NCBI GenBank assembly: GCA_005223185.1
Contig: NJBN01000009.1
Coordinates: 1,321-65,320, forward strand
Length of the DNA: 64,000 bases
Source of the DNA: a candidate division LCP-89 bacterium B3_LCP
Lineage (GTDB): Bacteria > Electryoneota > B3-LCP
Direction: 5' to 3'
Shown here: positions 38,880-48,067 of the stretch, piece after piece
Layout: each line of letters starts with the position of its first letter
How positions within the stretch are numbered: the stretch's first letter is position 1
Position numbers and translations under genes: made by a program
Notes under the pieces: model-generated
Seen by the model: the letters and a program-made list of their open reading frames with translations, nothing else
The model's database searches: none
Told to the model about the DNA's origin: nothing

Positions 38880-40238
38880 ATGATGAAAGCTCCGCAAATC
38901 TTACTCACTCCCGGAAGCGAAAAGAACTGTGTCAGACTGAAATCGCTCTTAATGAATCAAGGATTCAGAGTACAGGAAGCCGATTCCATTGTTCATGATT
39001 TACCTCCATTGCTTGAAGATCCACCGGAGGTTGTAATCTTCCACACCAACCACACTAATACAGCTGAAATCATTCTTTCCATCAAACGCATCCGGCGCCA
39101 GGATCCCTGGATTCCACTGTTCATTACAGCGGAATCCAGCAGTGAGGACCAGGCGATTACTATGTTCAGGGCGGGAATCACTGATTACTTTAAAGTTCCC
39201 TATTCACTAAATGAGTTGGTTGCGAGTATTAAGAGGAACTTACCCCGCCACATGATGAATGCTGGCAATTCCTTCATCGATCAGAGGATGATCGGAGAGA
39301 GCCAGGTTATGCAATCCATAAAAGACAGTCTAAGAAAAATCGCCAGAACCACGGCGAGTGTTCTAATCAGTGGTGAAACCGGAACGGGAAAAGAGTTGGT
39401 CGCAGAACTAATTCACGAAGAGAGTCCCAGAAGCGGCAAACCATTTATCTGTATAAACTGTGCAGCGGTACCAGAGGCACTAATGGAAAGCGAGTTTTTC
39501 GGTTACGAACGGGGAGCTTTCACCGGTGCATTAGCCTTGAAACGAGGTAAATTCGAGTCAGCCTCACAGGGGACAGTCTTCCTGGATGAAATCAGCGAAA
39601 TGAGCACCAAGTGCCAAGCCAAATTGTTGAGAGTAATCGAGTTTAAGAAGACATATCGTTTAGGCGGTAACACCTGCATTCCTTTAGATTTCAGAGTGAT
39701 TGCAGCTACCAACCGCGATCCTGTGAGATTGGTCAGCGAGGAACGATTCAGGGAAGATCTGTACTACCGGCTGAACGTTGCCCACATTCATCTTCCTCCT
39801 TTGCGGAACCGGAGAGATGACGTCCCTTTGCTGGTCGATTATTTTATAAAGCAGTTGAATCGAAAATTTAAGCGTGCGGTAAAAGGAGTCACCGACAATG
39901 CTATGAATTATCTTTTGGAATATCACTGGCCGGGGAATATTCGAGAGTTGCAAAATCTTTTAGAAGCCGCCTTCATCGATCTTCCGGAGAGGAATTTGTC
40001 CTTCATCGATCTCCCCCAAAGGCCGGATCATGTGGATCGTGAGACCAGATTGCCCATAGTCAATGAAAGAGATAATATGATTTCTGCACTTCTGGAGACC
40101 GATTGGAATAAGAGTAAGGCTGCGGAAAAACTCAATTGGTCACGCATGACCCTGTACCGGAAGATGCAGAAATATCATATATCGAGAGGCGCGCCAAAAG
40201 GCGAAATGCACAACTCGCTGGATTCGATCATCAAATAA
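38880..40238 (+). CDS. Sigma-54-dependent transcriptional activator (enhancer-binding protein) with degenerate receiver-like N-terminal domain
   Basis: AAA+ sigma-54 interaction domain (VLISGETGTGKELVAELIH; GAFTGA; ESEFFGYERGAFTGA). C-terminal HTH (…WNKSKAAEKLNWSRMTLYRKM). The N-terminal domain is about 120 aa and receiver-like, but the acidic pocket and phospho-Asp positions are substituted (LLTPGSEKN; VVIFHTNHTN). Confidence 0.8.
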   Translation: MMKAPQILLTPGSEKNCVRLKSLLMNQGFRVQEADSIVHDLPPLLEDPPEVVIFHTNHTNTAEIILSIKRIRRQDPWIPLFITAESSSEDQAITMFRAGITDYFKVPYSLNELVASIKRNLPRHMMNAGNSFIDQRMIGESQVMQSIKDSLRKIARTTASVLISGETGTGKELVAELIHEESPRSGKPFICINCAAVPEALMESEFFGYERGAFTGALALKRGKFESASQGTVFLDEISEMSTKCQAKLLRVIEFKKTYRLGGNTCIPLDFRVIAATNRDPVRLVSEERFREDLYYRLNVAHIHLPPLRNRRDDVPLLVDYFIKQLNRKFKRAVKGVTDNAMNYLLEYHWPGNIRELQNLLEAAFIDLPERNLSFIDLPQRPDHVDRETRLPIVNERDNMISALLETDWNKSKAAEKLNWSRMTLYRKMQKYHISRGAPKGEMHNSLDSIIK

Positions 40239-40358
40239 TGTAACATTGTAACATATTTGTAACATAGATTAAATTCCTAAAACCCAGCTATAATCATTGC
40301 GGGTTTCATCCCCCCATACCTTGTATCAATTAGCTGTTACAATCTCCTGATTGTTACA
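40239..40358. promoter_or_regulatory. Array of five heptamer repeats TGTAACA (x3, direct) and TGTTACA (x2, inverted orientation)
   Basis: TGTAACA at 40239, 40247 and 40258. TGTTACA at 40335 and 40352. The array starts one base after the activator stop codon, upstream of the injection-system locus. Confidence 0.45.
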
Positions 40359-40517
40359 GTATCCTGCCCATTAGACTAAGTCAACAAGTCATCGCCTATA
40401 TCGACGATAATCCCACTCCTAAAGAAGTATTATGAAAACGGTATTATATTTGCTTAAGTGAATTGATACACCGTTAGCATTGTTCTAAAACAGATGTCTT
40501 TTTAAACATGGAGTAGT

Positions 40518-40763
40518 ATGGATATGCATGAGGAGGCCGAGTCTCAAATTGAAAAGCCGGTGGGACGTTATGCCAATTTTTTCAATATAGGTCATAATGC
40601 ATTTGAATTCCTGATTGATTTTGGCCAGCTTTATTTAGATGGTCACACCGTTCAATATCATACTCGAATTGTCACCAACCCTGTCTATGCAATGGAACTA
40701 TATAAAACATTAAAATCATCCATTGAGCAATATGAGGATCATTTTGGGGAGAAAAGCAGATAG
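40518..40763 (+). CDS. Small conserved hypothetical protein (81 aa) preceding the eCIS structural genes
   Basis: Complete ORF. Acidic, no TM. Function unknown. Confidence 0.4.
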   Translation: MDMHEEAESQIEKPVGRYANFFNIGHNAFEFLIDFGQLYLDGHTVQYHTRIVTNPVYAMELYKTLKSSIEQYEDHFGEKSR

Positions 40764-40921
40764 TTGCAACTTGATTTGATTTGTATTTACATCCTGCCGC
40801 CGGTTCCTACATGCGGTGCTAAACTCACCAGTTTGATCTCTCACCCATTGAACACATGGGAGTTATCTCCTTCATCAATCAGCGAATGAATTAAAACAAT
40901 TAATAGAAAGGAGTTATAAAC

Positions 40922-42913
40922 ATGCCTACTTACCTTCATCCGGGAGTTTACGTGGAAGAAATTCCCAGCGGAGTAAAGCCGATTGAGGGGGTTGCTACTT
41001 CCATAGCGGCTTTTATTGGTGAGGTTTACAAAGGACCGGCTAATGAAGCAGTGCTCATTCATAGTTGGGATGACTATGTAACTGAATTTTGTGACATAAC
41101 ATCAGAAGAAGACAAAATGGGTTTAGCCGTTTCCGCTTTTTACCAGAATGGCGGTAAGGATGCCTATATCGTGCGGCTAGTGAACAACGGTGTCAAGGCA
41201 TCGTTACCGACACCTCCTGGTACACCAGGTGAGAGTACCGGAGGAGCGGACGTTTTCGTTATCGAAGCCAGTAGTGTTGGAACCTGGGGTAATGATACCT
41301 ATGTCCGCATTGTCAAACCGAACACCACCGATCTCACCTTCGACCTGGAAGTCGGTCATATCGAAGACGGCGAATTCGAAGCTGACGAGGTATTCTCCGA
41401 CCTGAGTATGGACAATACTCTTGACAGCTACGTCCTGACGATAGTGAATCGTGATTCGTCCCTGATCAGTATATCCCTCACGGATATAGCCAATCCGGAT
41501 AAAACGGGCAATCTCTACAAAGCGGGCTCTTTGACCAGCGGTGTGGCGATGACCACTGCCACCTATTTTCAGAATAATATCGCTAACAACATGACTCTCA
41601 GCCTCAATATCAACAACCTGGGCAGAAAACGGATTACTCTTGGGGAGGCTTCCTCTTTCAGTTTCACCGGAACTCCTGATAATGATGCAGATGGTAAAAT
41701 ACTGGCTGCAGCCATCCAAAAAGCCGTCCTGGAGCTGGATCCTACGAATCCTCCTTACAAGAACTTTACCTGCGTGTACAACGATACTGCAGCTCCGAAC
41801 AAGTTCATCCTCTCTTCTGGGACAGCCATGCCGAATTCGACTGTATCCGTCTATGATGGTGATGAAAGTAGTACAGATCTGGCGAATGTCATCAAACTAA
41901 GTTCGAAGCACTCACCGGAATCCGTTCACGGCTCAGAGGATGTGATTCCAAAAGAACAGTTGGGTGTCGCTGAGCTGGGTATTCCTTTAGAAGGAGGAAG
42001 CGGTGATCCACCGACAGCAAATGATTACAAGAACTTTTTTGATCCTACATTGAAGAAGATTCGTGACATCAGTATAATGGTTCTTCCCGGGCAATACTGG
42101 GCTGCAAACGGATCTGGAAACGCAGCCATCAGTAATGCACTAACTCACGCAGACGTGATGAAAAACCGGATGGTGATCATCGATCCTGAACCAGGGACAG
42201 ATGGGGAATTAGATCAAGCTAAAAAGGTAACGGATATGGAGCTCAACACTTCCACTTATGGGGTTCTTTACTACCCTTGGGTGAAAGTCGCCAATCCATT
42301 CTATCATGCCGAAACTAATCCTAATGTTTCCAAAACGCTAACAATAGCTCCGTCTGCTTTCGCTGCCGGCATGTGGTCTAAGGTAGATGGCAAGAGAGGC
42401 GTCTGGAAAGCACCAGCCGGCATGGATACTTCGCTTTTAGGCGTTGCGGGACTTGAATATATAGTCGGGGATGGAGAACAAGATCAGCTCAATCCTATGG
42501 GCGTGAACTGTCTACGCAAAATGCCCGGGTATGGTACCGTAATCTGGGGCACGCGAACCCTTTCCACTAAAGCCAATCCAGAGTGGCGTTACATCCCCAT
42601 AAGGCGCACCGCCATCTACATCGAACAGAGCATCTACAACGGCATTCAATGGGCGGTGTTTGAACCGAACTGTCATATCCTGTGGTCCAGCTTGAGGACG
42701 AACATCACCTCATTTATGAATGGTATGTTCCGCAATGGCGCATTCCAGGGTGAAAAAGCTTCCGATGCCTATTTCGTCCGCTGTGATTTGGGAGATACCA
42801 TGACTCAGGATGACATCGACCGTGGACAGGTGATTGTGATCGTCGGTTTTGCTCCCCTAAAACCGGCAGAGTTCGTCATCGTTCGTATCCAGCAAAAAGT
42901 AGCACAGCAATAA
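40922..42913 (+). CDS. Contractile tail sheath protein (eCIS/Afp2-4/Pvc2-like)
   Basis: Hallmark N-terminus MPTYLHPGVYVEEIPSGVKPIEGVATSIAAFIG shared by phage and eCIS sheath proteins. 663 aa. AGGAG RBS 8 nt upstream. Confidence 0.9.
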   Translation: MPTYLHPGVYVEEIPSGVKPIEGVATSIAAFIGEVYKGPANEAVLIHSWDDYVTEFCDITSEEDKMGLAVSAFYQNGGKDAYIVRLVNNGVKASLPTPPGTPGESTGGADVFVIEASSVGTWGNDTYVRIVKPNTTDLTFDLEVGHIEDGEFEADEVFSDLSMDNTLDSYVLTIVNRDSSLISISLTDIANPDKTGNLYKAGSLTSGVAMTTATYFQNNIANNMTLSLNINNLGRKRITLGEASSFSFTGTPDNDADGKILAAAIQKAVLELDPTNPPYKNFTCVYNDTAAPNKFILSSGTAMPNSTVSVYDGDESSTDLANVIKLSSKHSPESVHGSEDVIPKEQLGVAELGIPLEGGSGDPPTANDYKNFFDPTLKKIRDISIMVLPGQYWAANGSGNAAISNALTHADVMKNRMVIIDPEPGTDGELDQAKKVTDMELNTSTYGVLYYPWVKVANPFYHAETNPNVSKTLTIAPSAFAAGMWSKVDGKRGVWKAPAGMDTSLLGVAGLEYIVGDGEQDQLNPMGVNCLRKMPGYGTVIWGTRTLSTKANPEWRYIPIRRTAIYIEQSIYNGIQWAVFEPNCHILWSSLRTNITSFMNGMFRNGAFQGEKASDAYFVRCDLGDTMTQDDIDRGQVIVIVGFAPLKPAEFVIVRIQQKVAQQ

Positions 42914-42932
42914 TAAAATAAAGGAAGGAGCT

Positions 42933-43442
42933 ATGCCTACAACGCTTTTTTCCGTGAACACTCATCGCCATGATCCGTACCGCACTTTTAAATTTCAGAT
43001 CATTATAGACGGTAATGTGGTAGCAGGACTGAAAAAGATGGGTGCCTTGAAGAAGAAGACCGAACCAGTAAAATGGCGCGCTTCCAACGATCCATCCCAT
43101 GAGAGAATTATGCCCGGTGGAACCAGCTATGAACCTGTGGCATTGGAACAGGGCCTGACGCATGATTTGGTCTTTGAGGAATGGGCAAACAAGGTCAACA
43201 ACATCGAGGGTGATGCTGCAGTATCCCTGAAGGATTTTCGCAAGGACATTGTCATCAACGTGCTCAATTTATCGGGGCAGGTGGCAATATCCTACAAATT
43301 ATTCCGTGCCTGGGTCTCCGATTTTCAGGCTCTGCCTGATTTGGATGCGGGCAGCATGAATACGGTGGGCATTCAGACGATTACGCTGCAGCATGAAGGC
43401 TGGGAGAGAGACACCGGCGTATCTGAACCGACGGAGGCTTAA
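42933..43442 (+). CDS. Tail tube protein (T4 gp19 / Afp1/5-like)
   Basis: 169 aa. The motif …YRTFKFQIIIDGNVVAGLKKMG…EPVKW…YEPV.LE.G is characteristic of eCIS and phage inner-tube subunits. Confidence 0.85.
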   Translation: MPTTLFSVNTHRHDPYRTFKFQIIIDGNVVAGLKKMGALKKKTEPVKWRASNDPSHERIMPGGTSYEPVALEQGLTHDLVFEEWANKVNNIEGDAAVSLKDFRKDIVINVLNLSGQVAISYKLFRAWVSDFQALPDLDAGSMNTVGIQTITLQHEGWERDTGVSEPTEA

Positions 43443-44275
43443 TGCGGCTTCCCGGAGGACTCGTTCAGGACGGTAGGCTACTCCGGGAATGCACTTTCAA
43501 ACCACTCACCGGCAAGGTTGAATTGGAGCTCTTCACGGTTCTGGATTCAATGTCTAGTATGCCAGAGCAGGTGACTATCACTCTATCGATGCTATTGAAA
43601 CACCTGGGTGGGGAGAAAGTGACTCCGGAAAAGGTCAGCCAACTGTGCATAGCAGACCGCCAGTTCCTGATGCAGCAGCTTGCCGTCCACATGGGCGAGG
43701 ATGAGCTTTGGTACACGGCTGTATGCTTTGAATGCGAGCAGCGGTTCGATTTCCAGATTCGGACGTCAGAACTACCGGTAAGGGAGGCGCGACCGGGATA
43801 CCCGCATATAAGCGTGGATACCTCTCTGGGTAGATGCCGGTTGCGGTTACCTACGGGAGATGATCAGAGTATCATCTCTGGATTTTCAGATACCGATGTA
43901 GCCTTTAAACAGTTAGTCAAGCGGAGTATCCTCTCGCTTGAGAAAGGCGATAAGAAGAGAAATATATCAGATACTCTGTTATCGAAGTTCACCAAGGATG
44001 ACGTTGCAGTTATGGAAGAGGCAATGGATTCTGTTTCTCCGGCAATTGTGACCTCAATTAGTACGACCTGTCCGGAATGCGGTCACAGAAATATTGCCAA
44101 GATCGATCCGTACTTCATTCTGGAGCATTTCAGCGACAACTTGATCTCTGAGATTCACGTCCTGGCTTCTACTTATCACTGGAGCGAATCTGACATTCTA
44201 GCTCTGCCTCGCCAGCGGCGCCACCATTACCTTTCGCTCATCGATCAACGTACATCGGTGGATGATTATCATTAA
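43442..44275 (+). CDS. Hypothetical eCIS-associated protein with two Cys pairs (CFECEQRF … CPECGHRN)
   Basis: TAATG overlap with the tube gene. 277 aa. Putative zinc-ribbon-like Cys pairs about 150 aa apart. Role unknown; it may be an assembly chaperone. Confidence 0.4.
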   Translation: MRLPGGLVQDGRLLRECTFKPLTGKVELELFTVLDSMSSMPEQVTITLSMLLKHLGGEKVTPEKVSQLCIADRQFLMQQLAVHMGEDELWYTAVCFECEQRFDFQIRTSELPVREARPGYPHISVDTSLGRCRLRLPTGDDQSIISGFSDTDVAFKQLVKRSILSLEKGDKKRNISDTLLSKFTKDDVAVMEEAMDSVSPAIVTSISTTCPECGHRNIAKIDPYFILEHFSDNLISEIHVLASTYHWSESDILALPRQRRHHYLSLIDQRTSVDDYH

Positions 44276-44287
44276 TGATGGATAAAT

Positions 44288-45421
44288 ATGGGATTATTTC
44301 TCGACGTCGTAAGGGATAGTAAAAGGAGAGTCAAGAGTTCGGTGACGAATCCGCGTTCCGCGGGCAGACCTCTGCATTCTGTCTCTTCCCCCACTGAAAT
44401 AACTCACAACCCTGCTGCAGATAAAACTTCGGCCGCCTCGAATCGTACGGTATCGAATACAGCCAGCCAGAACAGAAAAGAGAGTACCAAACCTGCTGAG
44501 AGAAATCAAAATATTTCTCATACCACTTCAGGAGAGTCCACACAGAAGATCCACTTGAAACCGCCCTTTTCGATTGTAAATCGATCAGAAAAACCCAAAG
44601 CAAAGAAACAGAGAAAAGAAACACCGAAACCAACAAAGCTGCAAAGCAAAAGCGGGCGCGGAAGAATCGAAAAACCTGAGGAAGTGCAGGTATCCGGGTT
44701 GTTAAAAAGCAGGAAAACTCCCGCTCAAGAGAACCGCCCACAACATATTGAGGCAAAGAAATCCAAATCCGGCAATAAGAAACGTGAGAGGCGCAAAAGA
44801 AAACCGGAGACCGCTCAAATCAAGGCTGCCATACGTTCAGAGCCGCAAAAACAATCAGACGCACAGCCCATGATGAAGGAGATTCCTGCACAGAAACCTG
44901 ACACATCAGAAAGGAGACCGCTTCGGGTAGAACCAATCGAATCGAAATTCCCATTCCCGGGTCATCAAACCGGTGAAAAACAGAAGGTGGAGAAAGCGTC
45001 GAGGCAGACCTCACCAGATGAAGAAGAGGTAGGTGAAGGTACTCTCTTAGCTGAAGGGGAAGGTTTAAAAAGAGGAGAGGAAGGTTATTATTCTAAAGCG
45101 GCCAATGAGACAATTGTCAGCAATTTTAACGAAACGAGTTCGAGGGAAAGAGTTCAGGACGTAGAAGTGAATGATGTGCAGACGAAAATTACCCCTTACG
45201 AAACGTCCCATCAGCCAGAGATTTCTAGGCCGTTGGAAGAGCCGCTCAGTCATGTTGAAAGCGTTTCCGGCCCTGAACCACCCATCTCTCACGAGCCCAC
45301 TGTCCAGATCGGGTTGGTAGAGGTCATAGTGGCTGTGCAGGATGGACATTCCGGGCGCAAGGTAGCTCATGAATCCTCACCCGGAGATTTCACCAGCCGG
45401 CACTATTTGCGGAGTGTTTGA
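44288..45421 (+). CDS. Low-complexity Lys/Glu/Pro/Ser-rich protein. Putative tape-measure-like or disordered scaffold.
   Basis: 377 aa, strongly basic, with a repetitive K/R/E/P/S/T composition and a hydrophobic C-terminus (PTVQIGLVEVIVAVQDG). Its position between the tube and the cap matches the Afp14-like tape measure slot. Confidence 0.4.
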   Translation: MGLFLDVVRDSKRRVKSSVTNPRSAGRPLHSVSSPTEITHNPAADKTSAASNRTVSNTASQNRKESTKPAERNQNISHTTSGESTQKIHLKPPFSIVNRSEKPKAKKQRKETPKPTKLQSKSGRGRIEKPEEVQVSGLLKSRKTPAQENRPQHIEAKKSKSGNKKRERRKRKPETAQIKAAIRSEPQKQSDAQPMMKEIPAQKPDTSERRPLRVEPIESKFPFPGHQTGEKQKVEKASRQTSPDEEEVGEGTLLAEGEGLKRGEEGYYSKAANETIVSNFNETSSRERVQDVEVNDVQTKITPYETSHQPEISRPLEEPLSHVESVSGPEPPISHEPTVQIGLVEVIVAVQDGHSGRKVAHESSPGDFTSRHYLRSV

Positions 45422-45423
45422 GA

Positions 45424-46494
45424 ATGGCAAATACACCAGAATCCTCACTATCGAAGGCTTGTAAGGTTGTAGCTGATTTCTTGAATGATAAGCTATCGGC
45501 TGGCAATTGGCTGGAAGTCAGCATTGGGAATCTCGCTGATGCTCATAAGCCGTCAGCTAACATAGAGTATCGCATCAACCTGTATTTTTACAACTTCGAG
45601 CCTTCAGGATTTTTCCCGGACATCGCTCCGGAAGATACCTGGTGGCTAAAAACCTATTGTCTCATAACGGCTTTTAGCTTCTCAGAGTCAAGCGATGAAA
45701 GTTCGGGCGAGGGCGAACTAGGACTTCTCGGTAATGTGATACGCGTATTCCATGAATCTCCGGTCTTAACTGCTGACATATCGGGAACGGATTTCCTTCT
45801 ACAGATTATCTATCATCCTTTAAGCGTCGATGCTTTAAACAACCTTTGGTCCACCCAATCTGAAGCTATCCAGCGGGCCTCCATTGCTTATGAAATATCC
45901 CTCTGTCCAGTTATCCCAGAAAAAGAGAAATCGACGTACACTCGTGCAGGTGCATTCGGCACCGAAGTACGCCCAGAAGTCAGTTCGAAGACCAAGACTG
46001 AAAAATTCTCTGGTAAATTCCCCGATGATTACAAGTGGCCCCATGTGACGAAAACTGAGGTGGATATCTTGCCTGAAGACTGGGCACCTGCCATCTGTTT
46101 CGTTCATAATAACGAATGCGCGCAGATTTTATATTTCCTTAAGGGAAGTGCTGAACTTGCAGATTTTAAAAGTCCCGTATGGATTGCTGGAGAAAAAGAT
46201 GCTAAAGTGACGCTCCAGTGGGAAGTATGGACAAGATCGGGAGGATGGGTGAAGAAGACTGGGAAGGATGTAACCATTGAACAACCGGATATCGATCCCG
46301 CGGTAATCGATCCCGATTTGGTTGACAAGGCGAAGACGGTAAATTTTGCTCCAACCGGGATTTCAATCCCCGCTGATGAAATTAGCTGTCAAGCAATGCT
46401 TTACGCCATTCGCAAATACAAACGGGGATTCGATCAACTGGAGATTGAAGTACGAAGTAACCCCTTGTTGGTAACGATTTACAAGAATCCGTGA
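45424..46494 (+). CDS. Tail terminator/cap protein (Afp16/Pvc16-like, DUF4255-like)
   Basis: The N-terminal pattern (…VADFLNDKL…W.EVSIGNL…INLYFYNFEPSGFFPD…) resembles the DUF4255 family. Its position next to the AAA+ ATPase is as in Afp15/Afp16. An alternative TTG start lies at 45418. Confidence 0.5.
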   Translation: MANTPESSLSKACKVVADFLNDKLSAGNWLEVSIGNLADAHKPSANIEYRINLYFYNFEPSGFFPDIAPEDTWWLKTYCLITAFSFSESSDESSGEGELGLLGNVIRVFHESPVLTADISGTDFLLQIIYHPLSVDALNNLWSTQSEAIQRASIAYEISLCPVIPEKEKSTYTRAGAFGTEVRPEVSSKTKTEKFSGKFPDDYKWPHVTKTEVDILPEDWAPAICFVHNNECAQILYFLKGSAELADFKSPVWIAGEKDAKVTLQWEVWTRSGGWVKKTGKDVTIEQPDIDPAVIDPDLVDKAKTVNFAPTGISIPADEISCQAMLYAIRKYKRGFDQLEIEVRSNPLLVTIYKNP

Positions 46495-47831
46495 TGAATG
46501 CAAAACCTGAAACGTGCACGCTGGATGCATTAACTCTGGAATGGGAGCGTGTAGAATTACTGGCGCGCTTTCTCTCAGATTCGCGTGCAGGGCACACGAT
46601 TCCTCAAGAGAAATTAGATCATCTGCAGTCGCTCCAACAGCAGATAGATGTGTGCAGGAAGCAGACCAATCCCTGGAATGATCTGGTTCCGGTGAGGCTT
46701 TCTCCGCTTGAGCAGGATATCCTGGCATGTATCATCGCACCTGAGGCTATCCCCCGCATCGCCTGGCTATTTCAGTCGCTGCAACCGGGAGTTCCCCAGC
46801 CCTATCCAACTTTAGCTCTCTTACAAGAATTATTAGCTCTTTCACCGACCGAATCTTCCCAACTTTATACGGTTCTTTCAGAAGACTACCCCTTACGTAT
46901 GCACCGTCTGGTCGATCTGCAGGGTAGTGAATTATCCCAGCCGGTACAGCCTTCACCAAGAGTAATTTCGATTTTGTTACAGCGCCCACACCTGATGAGC
47001 AATCTTCCCGGCACAGTACGAATTCGAAATTCTGTTAGCTGGGCAGATTTAATTCTACCTCAGGAGCGTAAGACGATCCTAAAAGAATTTCTGTTCTGGA
47101 TTCAACATAAACAGATTGTAGTTCAGGAGTGGGGCGGCAGCGACTGTGGTGGTCCGATCGGCCTATTTTCAGGCCCCTCAGGTACTGGAAAAACGCTGGC
47201 TGCTGTCGTTTTAGCCAATGAATTAGGATGGCCCCTGTACCGCGTCGATTTAGGATGCCTGGTCAGTAAATACATCGGTGAAACCGAAAAGAACCTGAAC
47301 CGATTATTCGATGCCGCCCACGAGCAAAAACTGGTATTGCAGTTCGATGAGGCAGACAGCCTGTTCAGCAAACGTGGCGAGGTGAAAGAAGCTCGCGACC
47401 GTTATGCTAATATGGAGGTCAGCCATCTGTTGGCGCGCATCGAAAGTCACCAGGGGCCTGTGATTCTGACTACAAATTTACGCAAACATCTCGATACCGC
47501 CTTCGTACGACGTTTCCAGGTTGTTGTCGATTTCCCGAGACCGGATAAAACGGCCCGGGCGCAGTTGTGGAAATGTCATTTGCCTGCAGGAGCACCTTTA
47601 TTGCCTGAAATTGACCCAGCTTTCTTAGGTGAGGCGGTTAATTTGACAGGTGGGCACATCCGTAATGCGGCACTGTACGCCTCTTATATTTCGGCTGGAT
47701 ACGGGCAGAAAATCGGTTATAAGCAGATATCTCTCGCCGTATGGCGCGAACTCAACAAGGAAGGCAGAGAGGTTTCACAATCCGACCTGGGACCGTTAGC
47801 GGAATATTTAGTATTGGATGGTCTATGTTAG
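46494..47831 (+). CDS. AAA+ ATPase (Afp15/Pvc15-like)
   Basis: Walker A GPSGTGKT, Walker B LVLQFDEADSLF and a sensor region. TGATG overlap with the upstream gene. Confidence 0.85.
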   Translation: MNAKPETCTLDALTLEWERVELLARFLSDSRAGHTIPQEKLDHLQSLQQQIDVCRKQTNPWNDLVPVRLSPLEQDILACIIAPEAIPRIAWLFQSLQPGVPQPYPTLALLQELLALSPTESSQLYTVLSEDYPLRMHRLVDLQGSELSQPVQPSPRVISILLQRPHLMSNLPGTVRIRNSVSWADLILPQERKTILKEFLFWIQHKQIVVQEWGGSDCGGPIGLFSGPSGTGKTLAAVVLANELGWPLYRVDLGCLVSKYIGETEKNLNRLFDAAHEQKLVLQFDEADSLFSKRGEVKEARDRYANMEVSHLLARIESHQGPVILTTNLRKHLDTAFVRRFQVVVDFPRPDKTARAQLWKCHLPAGAPLLPEIDPAFLGEAVNLTGGHIRNAALYASYISAGYGQKIGYKQISLAVWRELNKEGREVSQSDLGPLAEYLVLDGLC

Positions 47832-48067
47832 TGATCGATAAACTGAAGATTCATCTTCCAGCACAGATGCGCAACCGCGCTGATATAATTGCACGATTGG
47901 TTGCACAAGAGTTGACCTCCACTTCCCAGAAATCGGAAATAACGATAAGCGAACTTAGAACGCCTGCTGTACAGGTACATTCATCTTTCACCGATAATCA
48001 GATTGCACGGTGCATTTCCACCGAAATCCAAACTCAAATCAATCAATTGTCCGTTGAGTCATGTTGA
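47826..48067 (+). CDS. Small hypothetical protein (80 aa)
   Basis: The ATG overlaps the ATPase stop (ATGTTAG). The listed ORF 47741-48067 is longer, but its 5' part overlaps the ATPase in another frame. Confidence 0.3.

Noticed and set aside
47741-47825. Longer 108-aa version of the small ORF starting at 47741
   Set aside because: Its first 28 codons overlap the end of the AAA+ ATPase gene in another frame. An ATG at 47826 overlapping the ATPase stop (ATGTTAG) fits the coupling pattern seen throughout the locus.
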